This document shows positions 39,100-49,739 of a stretch of 64,000 nt of DNA, in pieces. Source of the stretch: a bacterium (GTDB lineage Bacteria; UBA10199; 2-02-FULL-44-16; JAAZCA01). The notes under the pieces were generated by a model. It saw only the letters and a program-made list of their open reading frames with translations. It was not told the origin of the DNA and ran no database searches. Where the stretch lies: NCBI GenBank assembly GCA_963674695.2, contig CAXXGI010000001.1, positions 544,001-608,000 on the forward strand, in the 5' to 3' direction. The position numbers and the translations under genes are program-made. The stretch's first letter is position 1; every line of letters begins with the position of its first letter.

Positions 39100-40125
39100 A
39101 TGAAACAGAAGCTCAAGGTGCTGGTCCTATTCGACACGGCGGGAAGACCGCCCGAGGATCAGGATTTTCGTGAGGACTTAAAGACCGAGGACTGGAAGAC
39201 CGAACGTCACGTCATCCGCGCATTGCGCCGTCTCGGACACGACGTCAATACCGTCGGCATCTACGACGACATCTCGCCCCTGTCCACGGCAGTCCGCGAC
39301 ACAAAGCCCGACATCGTCTTCAACCTCGTCGAACACTTCGGCGGAGATCGCTCCAAAGACCGCAACGTGGCGGGCCTCTTGGAACTCCTCGGCGTCCCGT
39401 ATACCGGCAGTGGCCCGGCGGGAATGCTGCTCTGTCGCGACAAGGGGATTTCGAAGACGATCCTCTCCGCCCACCGCGTGCGCACCCCGCGATTCGTCGT
39501 CTTCCGTCGCGGCCAGAAGATCCGTCGTCCAAAGGCACTCAGTTTTCCCCTCTTCGTCAAACCGGTGCGCGAAGACGCATCCACCGGCATCTCGCAGGCC
39601 TCGTTCGTAGAGGATGAGACCATGCTCGCCTCGCGTGTGCAGTTCATCCATGAACAGGTCGGCGACGACGCACTCGCCGAAACCTATATCGACGGCCGCG
39701 AACTCTACGTCAGCATCCTGGGAAACGATCGACTGAAGGTCTTTCCCGTGCGCGAGATGACGTTTTCAAAGGTCCCCGAGGATGAGCCGAAGATCGCCAC
39801 CTATACCGCCAAGTGGAACGCCGACTATCGGAAGCGCTGGGGGATCACCACCCGCTTCATTCCGAACCTCCCCGATGAGACCTGGCGTCGGATGAAGCAT
39901 ATCTGCAAACGCACCTATCGCTTGATGCGCATCCGGGGCTGGGGCCGCATCGACCTGCGGCTGACCTCCGCTGGCGAAATCGTCATCCTCGAGGCCAACC
40001 CGAATCCATTCCTGGCCGCCGACGAGGACTTCGCCGACTCCGCCAAGAAGGCGGGACTCTCCTACGAACAACTGATCGAACGCATCCTCGCGCTGGGACT
40101 GAAAGCCCATTCGCAGGGGAATTGA
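39100..40125 (+). CDS. D-Ala-D-Ala ligase-like ATP-grasp protein
   Basis: [45 protein letters not shown]. Confidence 0.88.
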   Translation: MKQKLKVLVLFDTAGRPPEDQDFREDLKTEDWKTERHVIRALRRLGHDVNTVGIYDDISPLSTAVRDTKPDIVFNLVEHFGGDRSKDRNVAGLLELLGVPYTGSGPAGMLLCRDKGISKTILSAHRVRTPRFVVFRRGQKIRRPKALSFPLFVKPVREDASTGISQASFVEDETMLASRVQFIHEQVGDDALAETYIDGRELYVSILGNDRLKVFPVREMTFSKVPEDEPKIATYTAKWNADYRKRWGITTRFIPNLPDETWRRMKHICKRTYRLMRIRGWGRIDLRLTSAGEIVILEANPNPFLAADEDFADSAKKAGLSYEQLIERILALGLKAHSQGN

Positions 40126-40180
40126 CATCGACACCACATCGCGGCAAGTATGCGTCTCACTTTCTTCAGGAGGTAACGCC

Positions 40181-40927
40181 ATGTACACGCTCGTCCTGCT
40201 CCGCCACGGCGAGAGCATCTGGAACAAGGAAAACCGCTTTACCGGCTGGACCGACGTCGACCTCTCGGAAAAGGGCGTCGGGGAGGCCCACGAGGCAGGC
40301 AGAACGCTCAAGCGCGAAGGGTTCGACTTCGACGTCGCCTTTACCTCGGTGCTCAAGCGCGCAATCCGCACGCTCTGGATTACGATGAGCGAGATGGATC
40401 GGATGTGGATACCGGTGACGCGCTCATGGCGCTTGAACGAACGCCACTACGGCGCACTGCAGGGGCTCAATAAGGCCGAGACCGCTGCCAAATACGGCGA
40501 CGACCAGGTGCTGATCTGGCGACGCAGCTACGACACGCCGCCGCCGGCACTCGAGATCACCGACGAGCGCTATCCGGGAAACGATCCGCGCTATGCGGCG
40601 CTCACGAAAGAAGAGCTACCGCTGACCGAGTGCCTCAAGGACACGGTCGAGCGCTTCCTCCCCTACTGGCATGAGACGATCGCACCGGTGGTCACCAGCG
40701 GCAAGCGCGTCATCATCGCGGCCCATGGAAACTCATTGCGCGCGCTGGTGAAATATCTCGACGACGTCTCCGACGAAAAAATTGTAAGCCTCAACATCCC
40801 GACCGGCATGCCGCTCGTCTATGAACTCGACGAAAACTTGAAGCCGATCAAAAACTACTACCTGGGCGATCCGGAGGCGGTCAAAAAAGCGATGGAGGCC
40901 GTGGCCAACCAGGGGAAGGCGAAGTAA
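40181..40927 (+). CDS. gpmA: 2,3-bisphosphoglycerate-dependent phosphoglycerate mutase
   Basis: [36 protein letters not shown]. Confidence 0.98.
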   Translation: MYTLVLLRHGESIWNKENRFTGWTDVDLSEKGVGEAHEAGRTLKREGFDFDVAFTSVLKRAIRTLWITMSEMDRMWIPVTRSWRLNERHYGALQGLNKAETAAKYGDDQVLIWRRSYDTPPPALEITDERYPGNDPRYAALTKEELPLTECLKDTVERFLPYWHETIAPVVTSGKRVIIAAHGNSLRALVKYLDDVSDEKIVSLNIPTGMPLVYELDENLKPIKNYYLGDPEAVKKAMEAVANQGKAK

Positions 40928-40992
40928 ACCAATCTCGTGGGGTCGTGGTCTCGTAAGATCGTGGTCTCGCAAACAGAAAAGAAGCGAAGCCC

Positions 40993-41646
40993 ATGCGCAC
41001 CCACGCCATCATCTTTGATCTCGACGGAACGCTGCTCGATACGATCGACGATCTGACCGCGTCGATGAACGCCGCGCTCGCTTCCCTCGGGTTTCCGACG
41101 CACGACCGGGAGGCCTACAAGATCTTCGTCGGCGATGGGGTGCGCGAACTCGTTGCCCGCGCATTTCCCGAAGCGCATCGCGATGATGCGACGGTCGCGC
41201 GCGGCATGAAGCGGATGCGTGAGGAATACAGAAAACGGTGGGCCGATGCCACCAAACCCTACGATGGCATCCTCGAAATGCTCGACGCACTCGCGGCCCG
41301 AAACATTCCGACCGCAATCCTTTCAAACAAACCCGAGGACTTTACGCGCACCTGCGTCGACCACTTTCTCGACCGCTGTCCGTTTGCCATCGTGCGCGGC
41401 GCACGCGACGGCACGCCCAAAAAACCGGATCCGGCCGCCGCGATCGCCATCGCGCAAACATTGGGTTTTGATCCGAAGGAGATCCTCTTCGTCGGAGACA
41501 CCTGCACGGACATGCGCACGGCGGTCGCTGCCGGCATGATTCCTGTCGGCGTCCTCTGGGGATTTCGCGGGGAAGCGGAACTGCGCGACACCGGCGCCCA
41601 GCATCTCATCGCCCATCCGTCGGAACTCGTGACCCTGCTCACCTAA
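40993..41646 (+). CDS. HAD family phosphatase (phosphoglycolate phosphatase-like)
   Basis: FDLDGTL, SNK, KKPDP, VGDT..D. Confidence 0.9.
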   Translation: MRTHAIIFDLDGTLLDTIDDLTASMNAALASLGFPTHDREAYKIFVGDGVRELVARAFPEAHRDDATVARGMKRMREEYRKRWADATKPYDGILEMLDALAARNIPTAILSNKPEDFTRTCVDHFLDRCPFAIVRGARDGTPKKPDPAAAIAIAQTLGFDPKEILFVGDTCTDMRTAVAAGMIPVGVLWGFRGEAELRDTGAQHLIAHPSELVTLLT

Positions 41647-42695
41647 GCCACCGTGATCGCTTGATCCAGATAGACATCCTGAATGGCGCCCAGAAGCTCG
41701 ATGCCGTCGGCCATCGGCTTCTGGAAGGCCTTGCGCCCGGAGATGAGTCCCATACCGCCCGCGCGCTTATTGATCACTGCGGTTTTGACCGCCTGTTGCA
41801 GATCGTCCTTGCCCGACGGGCCGCCGGAGTTGATGAGCCCCATCCGCCCCATGTAGCAGTTGGCGATCTGGTAGCGCGTCAGGTCGATCGGATGATCGGT
41901 GGTGAGCTTGTCGTAGACGATCGGACTCGTCTTTCCAAAGTGAATCGCGTTGTAGCCACCGTTGTTCGTCGGCAGCTTCTGCTTGATGATGTCGGCCTCG
42001 ATCGTCACGCCCAGGTGATTTGCCTGTCCGGTGAGGTCGGCGCTGGCGTGATAGTCCACGCCATCCTTCTTGAAGCCGTCGTTGCGCAGATAGCACCAGA
42101 GGATCGTGGCCAGCCCCATCTCGTGCGCATACTGAAACGCCTCAGAGATCTCTTCGATCTGTCGACGCGACTCTTCCGATCCGAAATAGATCGTCGCCCC
42201 GATGGCCACCGCCCCCAGGTCGAAGGCCTGATCGACCGAGGCGAAGAGGCGCTGATCGAAGGTATTCGGATAGGAGAGCATCTCGTTGTGATTGATCTTC
42301 AGGATGAAGGGAATTTTGTGCGCGTATTTTCGCGCGACGGAACCGAGCACGCCGAGCGTGGAGGCCACGCCGTTGCACCCGCCCTCGATGGCGAGCTTCA
42401 CGATATTTTCCGGATCGAAGTAGAGCGGATTGGGCGCAAAGCTCGCCCCCGCCGAATGCTCGATGCCCTGGTCGACCGGAAGGATGGAGACGTATCCCGT
42501 GTTCGCCAGCCGCCCATTCCCGAACAATCGCCCCAAGTTTCCGAGCACGCGCGTGGAACGATCGGAGATCGTAAAGATGCGATCGATGAAATCCGGCCCG
42601 GGCAGATGCAGCATCTCTTTGGAGATGGTCGTGCAGCGATGTTCGAGCAGCGCCTTGCCCTCATCGCCCAAGATATCCAGAACGGTCTTTGCCAT
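41643..42695 (-). CDS. fbaB: Class I fructose-bisphosphate aldolase
   Basis: [40 protein letters not shown]. Confidence 0.96.
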   Translation of the reverse strand: MAKTVLDILGDEGKALLEHRCTTISKEMLHLPGPDFIDRIFTISDRSTRVLGNLGRLFGNGRLANTGYVSILPVDQGIEHSAGASFAPNPLYFDPENIVKLAIEGGCNGVASTLGVLGSVARKYAHKIPFILKINHNEMLSYPNTFDQRLFASVDQAFDLGAVAIGATIYFGSEESRRQIEEISEAFQYAHEMGLATILWCYLRNDGFKKDGVDYHASADLTGQANHLGVTIEADIIKQKLPTNNGGYNAIHFGKTSPIVYDKLTTDHPIDLTRYQIANCYMGRMGLINSGGPSGKDDLQQAVKTAVINKRAGGMGLISGRKAFQKPMADGIELLGAIQDVYLDQAITVA

Positions 42696-42768
42696 GTCGT
42701 CCTCCTTTTTTCGGATGATGGAAAGCGAGTATAGCGATATGGGGCCACATTCCAATGTCTTTATGGAA

Positions 42769-42802
42769 TAAAAAAGCGAGCCCCGTTCGGGCCCGCTTGT
42801 TT
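42769..42802 (-). terminator. Rho-independent terminator after the lipoprotein pair
   Basis: Minus strand AAGCGGGCCCGAACGGGGCTCGCTTTTTT. Confidence 0.6.
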
Positions 42803-42820
42803 CTTCGGCACATCGTCGCG

Positions 42821-43339
42821 CTATTGCGCCGGCTTTCCCATCGCCAACCCGACACAGACGCCGCCCACGCACTTGAACTGCGCAAACTCCTGAAAGCGGC
42901 AGGGCGTCTCGGGACACATGGGTCCGAACCAATCATCCGGTCCGCACTTGTCGTTGGCCGCCTTGCGCTTCTGCGCCTCGGCCTTGTTGACCACATACGG
43001 CGTGCACGACGCCTGGCAGGTGCAATCGTTTTCCGTCTTCGGCGCGTTTTCAAACTTGGTGAAGGTGCAATCCTCTTCGGTCTTGCAGGGATAGGTGGAG
43101 GAGATCTCGTCGAACTGCTCGTGTCCCTCGACCTTTTCGCCGATGACCTGGCCCTCTTCATAAGTCGTTCCGGCAGAAGCGGCAGCCGGTGCAGGGGCCG
43201 CAGCCCCTGCCCCATCCGCCGGCGGCATCGCCTCTTTCTGATCCTCCACCGGGATAGCCTCTTGTCGGTTACATCCAACAACCGCACCGACAACGATGAG
43301 CATCCCCAACACGGCCATCATGATTCCAAAACGTCGCAT
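42821..43339 (-). CDS. Cys-rich lipoprotein (10-Cys domain), paralog 2
   Basis: Lipobox VVGC, Ala/Pro linker, 10 Cys aligned with 43363-43926. Confidence 0.8.
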   Translation of the reverse strand: MRRFGIMMAVLGMLIVVGAVVGCNRQEAIPVEDQKEAMPPADGAGAAAPAPAAASAGTTYEEGQVIGEKVEGHEQFDEISSTYPCKTEEDCTFTKFENAPKTENDCTCQASCTPYVVNKAEAQKRKAANDKCGPDDWFGPMCPETPCRFQEFAQFKCVGGVCVGLAMGKPAQ

Positions 43340-43362
43340 ACCTTACGCTCCTTTCCGGTCGA

Positions 43363-43926
43363 TCACATCGACCGCGATTTTCCCATGGCCAATCCCACGC
43401 ACATCCCCTTCATACACTTGAATCCCTCGAAGGCCTGGAACCGGCAGGGAATGGCCGGGCACATGGGGCCATACCAATCATCCGGATCGCAGTATTGATT
43501 GTTGGATTTCTCACGCTTGTCCCGCTCGGAGATGCTCACGACAAACGGCGTGCACGCCGCAGCACACATGCAGCTGTTCTCACCCTTCGGCACATTCTCG
43601 TATTTGCTGAAGGAACAATCGCTGGCCGATTTGCACGGATACTCGGAGAAAATCGCGTTGAACTGCACCTGCCCTTCGGTCTTTTCATAGCGCACGTCGC
43701 CCTGCTTATAGTCGACCGTCGGCGCCGGCTTTGGCAACGCGGCCATCGGGGCAGACCCAGATGCGGCCGGCGCACCTGGTGCCGCTTCCGCTGGAGCCGC
43801 GGCTGCATCCGTCGCGGGAAGCGGCTCATCTATCGACGACGGTCCATGACAGCCGATCACACAACCGACGAGAGCGATGCCCAGGATGAACATTGCCGTT
43901 TGACCCCTTGCCAACGCACGCTTCAT
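43363..43926 (-). CDS. Cys-rich lipoprotein (10-Cys domain), paralog 1
   Basis: Lipobox VIGC, Ala/Pro linker, YPCK..C..C.C...CTP...C.PDDW.GPMCP..PCRFQ.F..FKC..G.CVGL. Confidence 0.8.
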   Translation of the reverse strand: MKRALARGQTAMFILGIALVGCVIGCHGPSSIDEPLPATDAAAAPAEAAPGAPAASGSAPMAALPKPAPTVDYKQGDVRYEKTEGQVQFNAIFSEYPCKSASDCSFSKYENVPKGENSCMCAAACTPFVVSISERDKREKSNNQYCDPDDWYGPMCPAIPCRFQAFEGFKCMKGMCVGLAMGKSRSM

Positions 43927-44109
43927 ACGTCCTCCTTAGTGTTCCCGTAAAATAGACCAGGACCGGATCGACTTCAACTTCAATCGGGCCCTTTTTCAAG
44001 ACCAACCCATTATCCGACACCGCCAAGACGTCCCCGCCTTGACAGAAGGTCACTCAATCCCTATTTTAAGAGAAATTGAACGTCACCAACACCCACTGCG
44101 AGGATCCCC

Positions 44110-44640
44110 ATGAAGCTCTCTACCGCCATCATCATCATCGTCGCCCTGATCGTCGCGGCCATCTGTATCGTCAAGTACAACACCCTCTCCGATTACGACG
44201 AAGCGGCCGAGAAGTCATTTGCCCCGCTGACCAGTTTTCTGCAGGAACGCTATCAGGCCGTGCCGCGACTGGTCAGCTCGATCGTCCTCTATACCGGCAA
44301 GGAGGATCGCGAAGTCAAGCAGCTCAATGAAGCCTACAAAGCCTATACCCAGGCGACGACAATGCAGCAGCGCGTGGAGACGAGCGCCACACTGGAAGCC
44401 ACACTCATGAACACGAAGCAACAGATCATGGATCGCTATCCGGGAATTTCCAGCAACTATCAGTTCAACTCGATCGCCAAGACGATCGCACAGGCCGGGA
44501 ATGACCTGATGGGACCGCTGGGCGCCTACAACACAGCGGCGAGCACCTACAACTCCTATGTGCGTCGCTTCCCCAACAACATCGTCGGCGCGATCTTCAT
44601 GTTTCCATCGCGCTATCCGTACTTCAAGCGTGAAAGCTAA
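44110..44640 (+). CDS. lemA: LemA family protein
   Basis: N-terminal TM, YNTL, RYP, YN..VRRFPNNIVG. Confidence 0.8.
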   Translation: MKLSTAIIIIVALIVAAICIVKYNTLSDYDEAAEKSFAPLTSFLQERYQAVPRLVSSIVLYTGKEDREVKQLNEAYKAYTQATTMQQRVETSATLEATLMNTKQQIMDRYPGISSNYQFNSIAKTIAQAGNDLMGPLGAYNTAASTYNSYVRRFPNNIVGAIFMFPSRYPYFKRES

Positions 44641-44656
44641 TGTGCACGTTGGCATA

Positions 44657-44694
44657 AATAAAAAACCCCCGGTCGAACCGGGGGTTTTTTTATT
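44657..44694. terminator. Bidirectional Rho-independent terminator
   Basis: AATAAAAAACCCCCGGTCGAACCGGGGGTTTTTTTATT. Confidence 0.85.
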
Positions 44695-44776
44695 GAAGCG
44701 TAGAACGTTTCGCCGGAAAAGCCCTTGTCGTCCGGCATGTGGACTGCTATTCGAAGGATGTTCCTGAGGGCACCCT

Positions 44777-46066
44777 ATGCAGCCCAACGAGATGCACAGC
44801 ACGATGTCCCGTTCGGCCGATTCGCTGGCCAACGTCATGGCTGAATTCGATGCAGCGGCAAAGCATCTGCACCTCGATCCTGACAGCATCGCCTCGATTC
44901 GCGAACCGCGATGTGCCATGCGATTGGCACTTCCGGTGCGCACCGACGACGGCCACATTCGGGTCCTGCGAGCCTACCACACCATCCACTCCCGCATGCG
45001 CGGCCCCTCGATCGGTGGCGTCCAGTTTCGACCGGACGTCGACCCACACACGGTCGAAGCGCTCGCCTTCTGGTCTTCTCACCGCTGCGCCCTGGTGGGC
45101 ATCCCTTTCGGCGGGAGCTCCGGCGCCATCGATTGCGATCCACGCCAATTCAGCCTCGGTGAACTCGAACGCATCACCCGGCGCTACATCGCTGAACTCG
45201 CGCACGTCATCGGCCCCAATCGCAACATTTTGACAGCGGACATCGGCACCAACCAGCAGATCATGTGCTGGGCGATGGACACCTATTCGATGAACCACAA
45301 CGACTACACCCCGGCCGTCGTAACGGGAAAACCAGCCGATCTCGGAGGATCAGCGTTGACGGTCGCACCGGCCGCAATCGGGGCTGAGATCTGCATCCGC
45401 AAGGCCTGCGCCCACATCGGCCTTGCGCTGGAAGGCGCGCGCGTCGCCATTCAGGGGTTCGGCAAGGTCGGCATGACGATCGCAAAGCTCCTCGCCGCCC
45501 GTGGGGCGAAGATCATCGCCATCGCCGATATCAGCGGCGCCTACATCAACGAAGACGGCATCGAGATCGACGAGATCATCTGGCACCAGCAGTCCTACGG
45601 CATCCTCGACGGACTCGAGGGCGAGGCGGATGTCGAACGCCTCCCCGATCCGAAGGATATCTTTGCCCTTCCCGTCGACATCCTGGTTCCGGCCGCCGTC
45701 GAGCTGCAGATCACCGAGCTGAATGCGGCAGCGGTGCAAGCCCGCATCATCGCTGAAATCGCCCATGACCCGGTCTCGCCCGAAGCCGATCGGATGCTCA
45801 CCGAGCGCGGCGTTTTCATCATTCCGGACGTCCTGTGCAACGCCGGCGGCGTTATCGGATCATACCTGGAATGGGTCCAGAATCGGATGGGATATGTCTG
45901 GGACGCCGAGCGCGTCGAACAGGCCCTCGCACAGCTACTCGAACAGGCGTTCGATACCGCGGTGAAAACAGCTCAGCGCGAACAGATCCCCCTGCGCCTG
46001 GCCGCTGCTGTCCTGGCGGTCAAACGTATCGTCCAGGCATCGACGATGAGGGGGGCCTATGCTTGA
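44777..46066 (+). CDS. Glu/Leu/Phe/Val dehydrogenase homologue with degenerate active site (pseudo-GDH)
   Basis: Full GDH fold (VVTGKP, QGFGKVG, IPDVLCNAGGV.SYLEWVQN) but GPSIGG, HRCA, GGSSGA replace the Lys-containing motifs. Confidence 0.85.
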   Translation: MQPNEMHSTMSRSADSLANVMAEFDAAAKHLHLDPDSIASIREPRCAMRLALPVRTDDGHIRVLRAYHTIHSRMRGPSIGGVQFRPDVDPHTVEALAFWSSHRCALVGIPFGGSSGAIDCDPRQFSLGELERITRRYIAELAHVIGPNRNILTADIGTNQQIMCWAMDTYSMNHNDYTPAVVTGKPADLGGSALTVAPAAIGAEICIRKACAHIGLALEGARVAIQGFGKVGMTIAKLLAARGAKIIAIADISGAYINEDGIEIDEIIWHQQSYGILDGLEGEADVERLPDPKDIFALPVDILVPAAVELQITELNAAAVQARIIAEIAHDPVSPEADRMLTERGVFIIPDVLCNAGGVIGSYLEWVQNRMGYVWDAERVEQALAQLLEQAFDTAVKTAQREQIPLRLAAAVLAVKRIVQASTMRGAYA

Positions 46067-47825
46067 GACGCCGCCGATTCAGATTGGGGAAGGTTCGCTT
46101 GGCGGAAAGGGCAAGGGCATCGTGCGCGTGATCGAAGCGATCGCCGCGCTCAAAGCCGACGGCACGGATGCAGCACTTGCCGAACGCATCGCCGTTCCGC
46201 GCACGGCATTTCTGGCCACCGACATCTATCGCGACTTCATCGCCCATAATGAATTCGAAGCACTCATCGCACAGACCAAGACCGCCGAAGCAATCGACAC
46301 GGAAACAATCGCCCCGCGTTTTCTGGGCGGCCAGTTTCCTCAACCAATCGTAGCAGCGTTGCAGAAACTGTTGAAGCAATTTGAAAAACCCCTGGCTGTG
46401 CGCTCGTCCTCACTACTCGAAGACCAAAAAGGTGCCTCGTTCGCTGGAAAATACGAATCCGTCTTCGTCGCCAACACGGGATCACCTCAAGAACGCCTCG
46501 AAGCGCTGCTCGCGGCCATCACGACCGTCTATGCCTCGACCTTCAATCCGAATGCCTTGGCGTATCGCCGCAAGCACGGGTTTCTCGACGACCGCGAGGA
46601 GATGGCGATCGTCATCCAGGAAGTGGTGGGACAATCCTTCGGACGTTATTTCTTCCCCGCCCTCTCCGGCGTCGGCTTCTCCCAGAACGGCTACTGTTGG
46701 AACAAGAACATCAAGAAACACGACGGATTGGTGCGACTCGTCTTCGGCCTGGGAACCCGCGCGGTGGGCCGCGGATACGTGCGGCTCTTCTCACCGCCGG
46801 CTCCGGAGATGCGACCGGAGGGGAATGAAGTCAACAACATCCAGAAGTGCAGCCAGAAGAAGGTGGATGTCATTGATCTCGAGAAGGGTTGTTTTGCCTC
46901 GGTCCACTTTCGCAAGCTCATCACCGATGGATTCACCTGCCCCCCCGGCACACAATTATTCGTCTCCCTCCGAGACGGCGGCTATCTCTACCGCCCTGTC
47001 TCCAATCTCTGGGATTCCTCGCACGTTCCGGTACTCACGCTCGATGGCGTGCTCTCCGGCATGTGGATGGGGATCAATGTGCCGAAGACCCTGGGCTGGA
47101 TCCTGCGCGAGTTGGAGACGCGCATGGGATGTGCCATCGACATGGAATTCGCCATCGACGTCGACAGCCAAAAACAACGCGCCAACATCTTCATCGTCCA
47201 GGCGCGCCCACTCTCTGAACGAGAAAACCAAAAGCCGGAACCGATCCCGAAGCTGCCCGCGAATGACATCCTCTTCACGGTGCACCGCAACCTGCCCACA
47301 GCAACCGTTCCCGACATCGACCTGCTCGTCGCGGTCAACGAAACGCGCTATCACGAATGGCCCGCCGACGACCGGCAGAGCGTTGCCCGCGTCATCGGCG
47401 CCCTCAACGACCTGCTGGCGAAGAAACGTTTTGCGCTGATCGGACCCGGCCGCTGGGGCTCCTGGAATCCCCAGCTCGGTGTCCCCGTGAGCTACGCCGA
47501 GATCGCGGGCACCGTACTGCTCATCGAAGTGGCCCGAAGAAAAGCGACCTACGTCCCGGAGGTTTCGTTCGGTTCGCACTTCTTCCAGGATCTGATCGAA
47601 GACAACATCGCCTACCTCCCGCTCTATCCGGATGAACCGAACGAAACATTCAACGAGAAGATCCTTCAGCTTCCTTCCTGTTTCCCCACGCTCCTCCCCG
47701 ACCCGTATTTTCGAAAGTTCGATGAGCTGATCACCGTTATCGATGTCGCAGCCCAGGCCGGTGGCCGCAAGGCCCATGCGATTCTGAACGGCGAAACGGA
47801 GGAGGCAATCGTCTTCCTCCGTTAG
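46059..47825 (+). CDS. PPDK/PEP-synthase N-terminal ATP-grasp protein with C-terminal His motif (no REC, no PEP barrel)
   Basis: GSLGGKGKG, AVRSSSLLED, FAGKYES, GLGTRAV, GPGRWGS, SFGSHFFQD; start overlaps pseudo-GDH end. Confidence 0.85.
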   Translation: MLETPPIQIGEGSLGGKGKGIVRVIEAIAALKADGTDAALAERIAVPRTAFLATDIYRDFIAHNEFEALIAQTKTAEAIDTETIAPRFLGGQFPQPIVAALQKLLKQFEKPLAVRSSSLLEDQKGASFAGKYESVFVANTGSPQERLEALLAAITTVYASTFNPNALAYRRKHGFLDDREEMAIVIQEVVGQSFGRYFFPALSGVGFSQNGYCWNKNIKKHDGLVRLVFGLGTRAVGRGYVRLFSPPAPEMRPEGNEVNNIQKCSQKKVDVIDLEKGCFASVHFRKLITDGFTCPPGTQLFVSLRDGGYLYRPVSNLWDSSHVPVLTLDGVLSGMWMGINVPKTLGWILRELETRMGCAIDMEFAIDVDSQKQRANIFIVQARPLSERENQKPEPIPKLPANDILFTVHRNLPTATVPDIDLLVAVNETRYHEWPADDRQSVARVIGALNDLLAKKRFALIGPGRWGSWNPQLGVPVSYAEIAGTVLLIEVARRKATYVPEVSFGSHFFQDLIEDNIAYLPLYPDEPNETFNEKILQLPSCFPTLLPDPYFRKFDELITVIDVAAQAGGRKAHAILNGETEEAIVFLR

Positions 47826-47898
47826 CGCCCATCAGGCGAGTGTTGCATTGACCCGCCGCTATCAGCTATCATTGGACTTCGAGCAAAGGGGGGCACCC

Positions 47899-48288
47899 AT
47901 GGGAAACAAGCGCATCCTGGTGGTTGAGGACGAACCGGATCTGGCCGATCTGCTCATCCAATATTTAAAACATGAAGGCTATTCCATCATGGTCGCCCTG
48001 GATGGAAAGGATGGCCTGGAACGCGCCAAGGAAGAGCATCCGGATCTGATCATCACCGACGTGATGATGCCCAAGCTCGATGGCTTTCACCTCTGTCGCC
48101 TGCTCAAGTTCGATGCCAACTTCAAGAATATCCCGATCATCATGCTGACTTCGCGCGGAGAGGGCGAAGCCAAGCAGACGGGCACGAGCGTCGGCGCAGA
48201 TGCCTACCTCACCAAACCATTCGAGAGCGAGGAACTCCTCGCGACGATCCGGAAGCTCCTCGGCGAGGATGAAATCAAGGAAGGATAG
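47899..48288 (+). CDS. Single-domain response regulator receiver protein
   Basis: VVEDE, TDVMMP, LTS, TKPF. Confidence 0.92.
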   Translation: MGNKRILVVEDEPDLADLLIQYLKHEGYSIMVALDGKDGLERAKEEHPDLIITDVMMPKLDGFHLCRLLKFDANFKNIPIIMLTSRGEGEAKQTGTSVGADAYLTKPFESEELLATIRKLLGEDEIKEG

Positions 48289-48360
48289 ACCATCCCAAAG
48301 AAAACTCGTGTAAGGGGCGCCTGCGAAGAAAGCGCTCCAGGGTGATGACAAACCTTGGTT

Positions 48361-48461
48361 TTGTCATCCCCGCCCCCGATTCAACCATTCGAGGGCAGGC
48401 TCCAGCGGGGATCTCGATGTACCGTATAAAGCGAGATTCCCGCTTTCGCGGGAATGACAAC
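48361..48461. repeat. REP-like palindrome pair, type A with loop insert
   Basis: GTCATCCCCGC-[CCCCGATTCAACCATTCGAGGGCAGGCTCCA]-GCGGGGATC ... GATTCCCGCTTTCGCGGGAATGAC. Confidence 0.8.
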
Positions 48462-48515
48462 ATGAAATGACTTAATCAGCAGTCTGAGAGCGCCGACGCA
48501 TGCGGCGCTCCTTTT

Positions 48516-49739
48516 TTATGACGTGAACGCCTCTGCAGGATTCCGGCCCGCCGCGCGCAAGCGACGAATATCGGCGGTGAGTTTCGGCAAGATATCAAAG
48601 AGATCTCCGACCAAACCGTAATCGGCCAGCCGAAAGATCGGGGCATGCGGATCGCGATTGATGGCGAGCAGCTTTTCCGACGTCTTCATCCCGACGATAT
48701 GCTGAATGGCACCCGAGATGCCGACGGCGACGTAGAGTTTCGGACAGACCGTCTTGCCCGTCTGACCGATCTGATTGGCATAGTCGATCCAGCCTTTGTC
48801 GACCGCTGAACGTGTGGCGCCGACCGCGCCGCCGAGGGCATCGGCCAAGTCCTGAATCAATGCAAAGTTCTCCGGGTTTCCCAACCCCCCGCCGCCGGAG
48901 ACGATGATATCGGCATCGACCAGATTCACCCCGATCCCCTCGCGCACAATCGATTCGACCACCTTCACCCGCGAGACGAGCGATCGCTCCGGAACGGAGA
49001 CCGCGATCACCTCGCCGCTACGGCCGGCCTGTGCTTCTGCCTCGCGCATCACCTTATAGCGCACGGTGGCCATCTGAGGACGATGCCGACGCGTGACGAT
49101 CGTCGCCATGATGTTGCCACCGAAGGCCGGACGCGTCTGCGCCAGATGCCCCGCCGCATCGATGTGCAGCTCGGTGCAATCGGCGGTGAGCCCCGTACGC
49201 AACTCGGCCGCCACGCGAGGGATGAATGCGCGCCCAACGGGAGTCGCGCCGGCCAGGATGATCTCCGGCTTCTGCTGGGCAGCCAACGCCGCAAGCGCCG
49301 TCCCATAAAGGTCGTCTCGAAAATCGGCCACCTTTGGATCGTCGAGCAGATAGACGCGGTCGGCCCCGCGCGCAATGAGTTCATCGGCGAGCGAAGTGAC
49401 GCCATCGCCAAAGAGTACGGCGGCAAGAAACGTATCGCGAGCATCGGCGAGTTTGCGCCCTTCACCCAAGAGTTCAAAGGAGACCCGGTGGAGGCTGCCC
49501 CGACACTGTTCGGCAAAGACCCAAACGCCCTGATACGCCGAAAGATCCGGCGTCTCCATGTGTGGCATTTCGAAACGAATGGCATGATACGGACAGACCG
49601 AGACGCACGCGGTACAGAGCGTGCACACATCCTCATCGATAGCCGCACACCCCTCGACGAGACGAATCGCTTCGACCGGGCACTCATTCAGACAGAGGCC
49701 ACAGCCCGTACACTTGGCTTTGATTATTTCGATGCCCAT
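48516..49739 (-). CDS. etfA: Electron transfer flavoprotein alpha subunit with N-terminal 2[4Fe-4S] ferredoxin
   Basis: CTGCGLC..CP and CTLCTAC..CP; GLTADCT, RPAFGGN, QIGQTG, GISGAIQH. Confidence 0.95.
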   Translation of the reverse strand: MGIEIIKAKCTGCGLCLNECPVEAIRLVEGCAAIDEDVCTLCTACVSVCPYHAIRFEMPHMETPDLSAYQGVWVFAEQCRGSLHRVSFELLGEGRKLADARDTFLAAVLFGDGVTSLADELIARGADRVYLLDDPKVADFRDDLYGTALAALAAQQKPEIILAGATPVGRAFIPRVAAELRTGLTADCTELHIDAAGHLAQTRPAFGGNIMATIVTRRHRPQMATVRYKVMREAEAQAGRSGEVIAVSVPERSLVSRVKVVESIVREGIGVNLVDADIIVSGGGGLGNPENFALIQDLADALGGAVGATRSAVDKGWIDYANQIGQTGKTVCPKLYVAVGISGAIQHIVGMKTSEKLLAINRDPHAPIFRLADYGLVGDLFDILPKLTADIRRLRAAGRNPAEAFTS

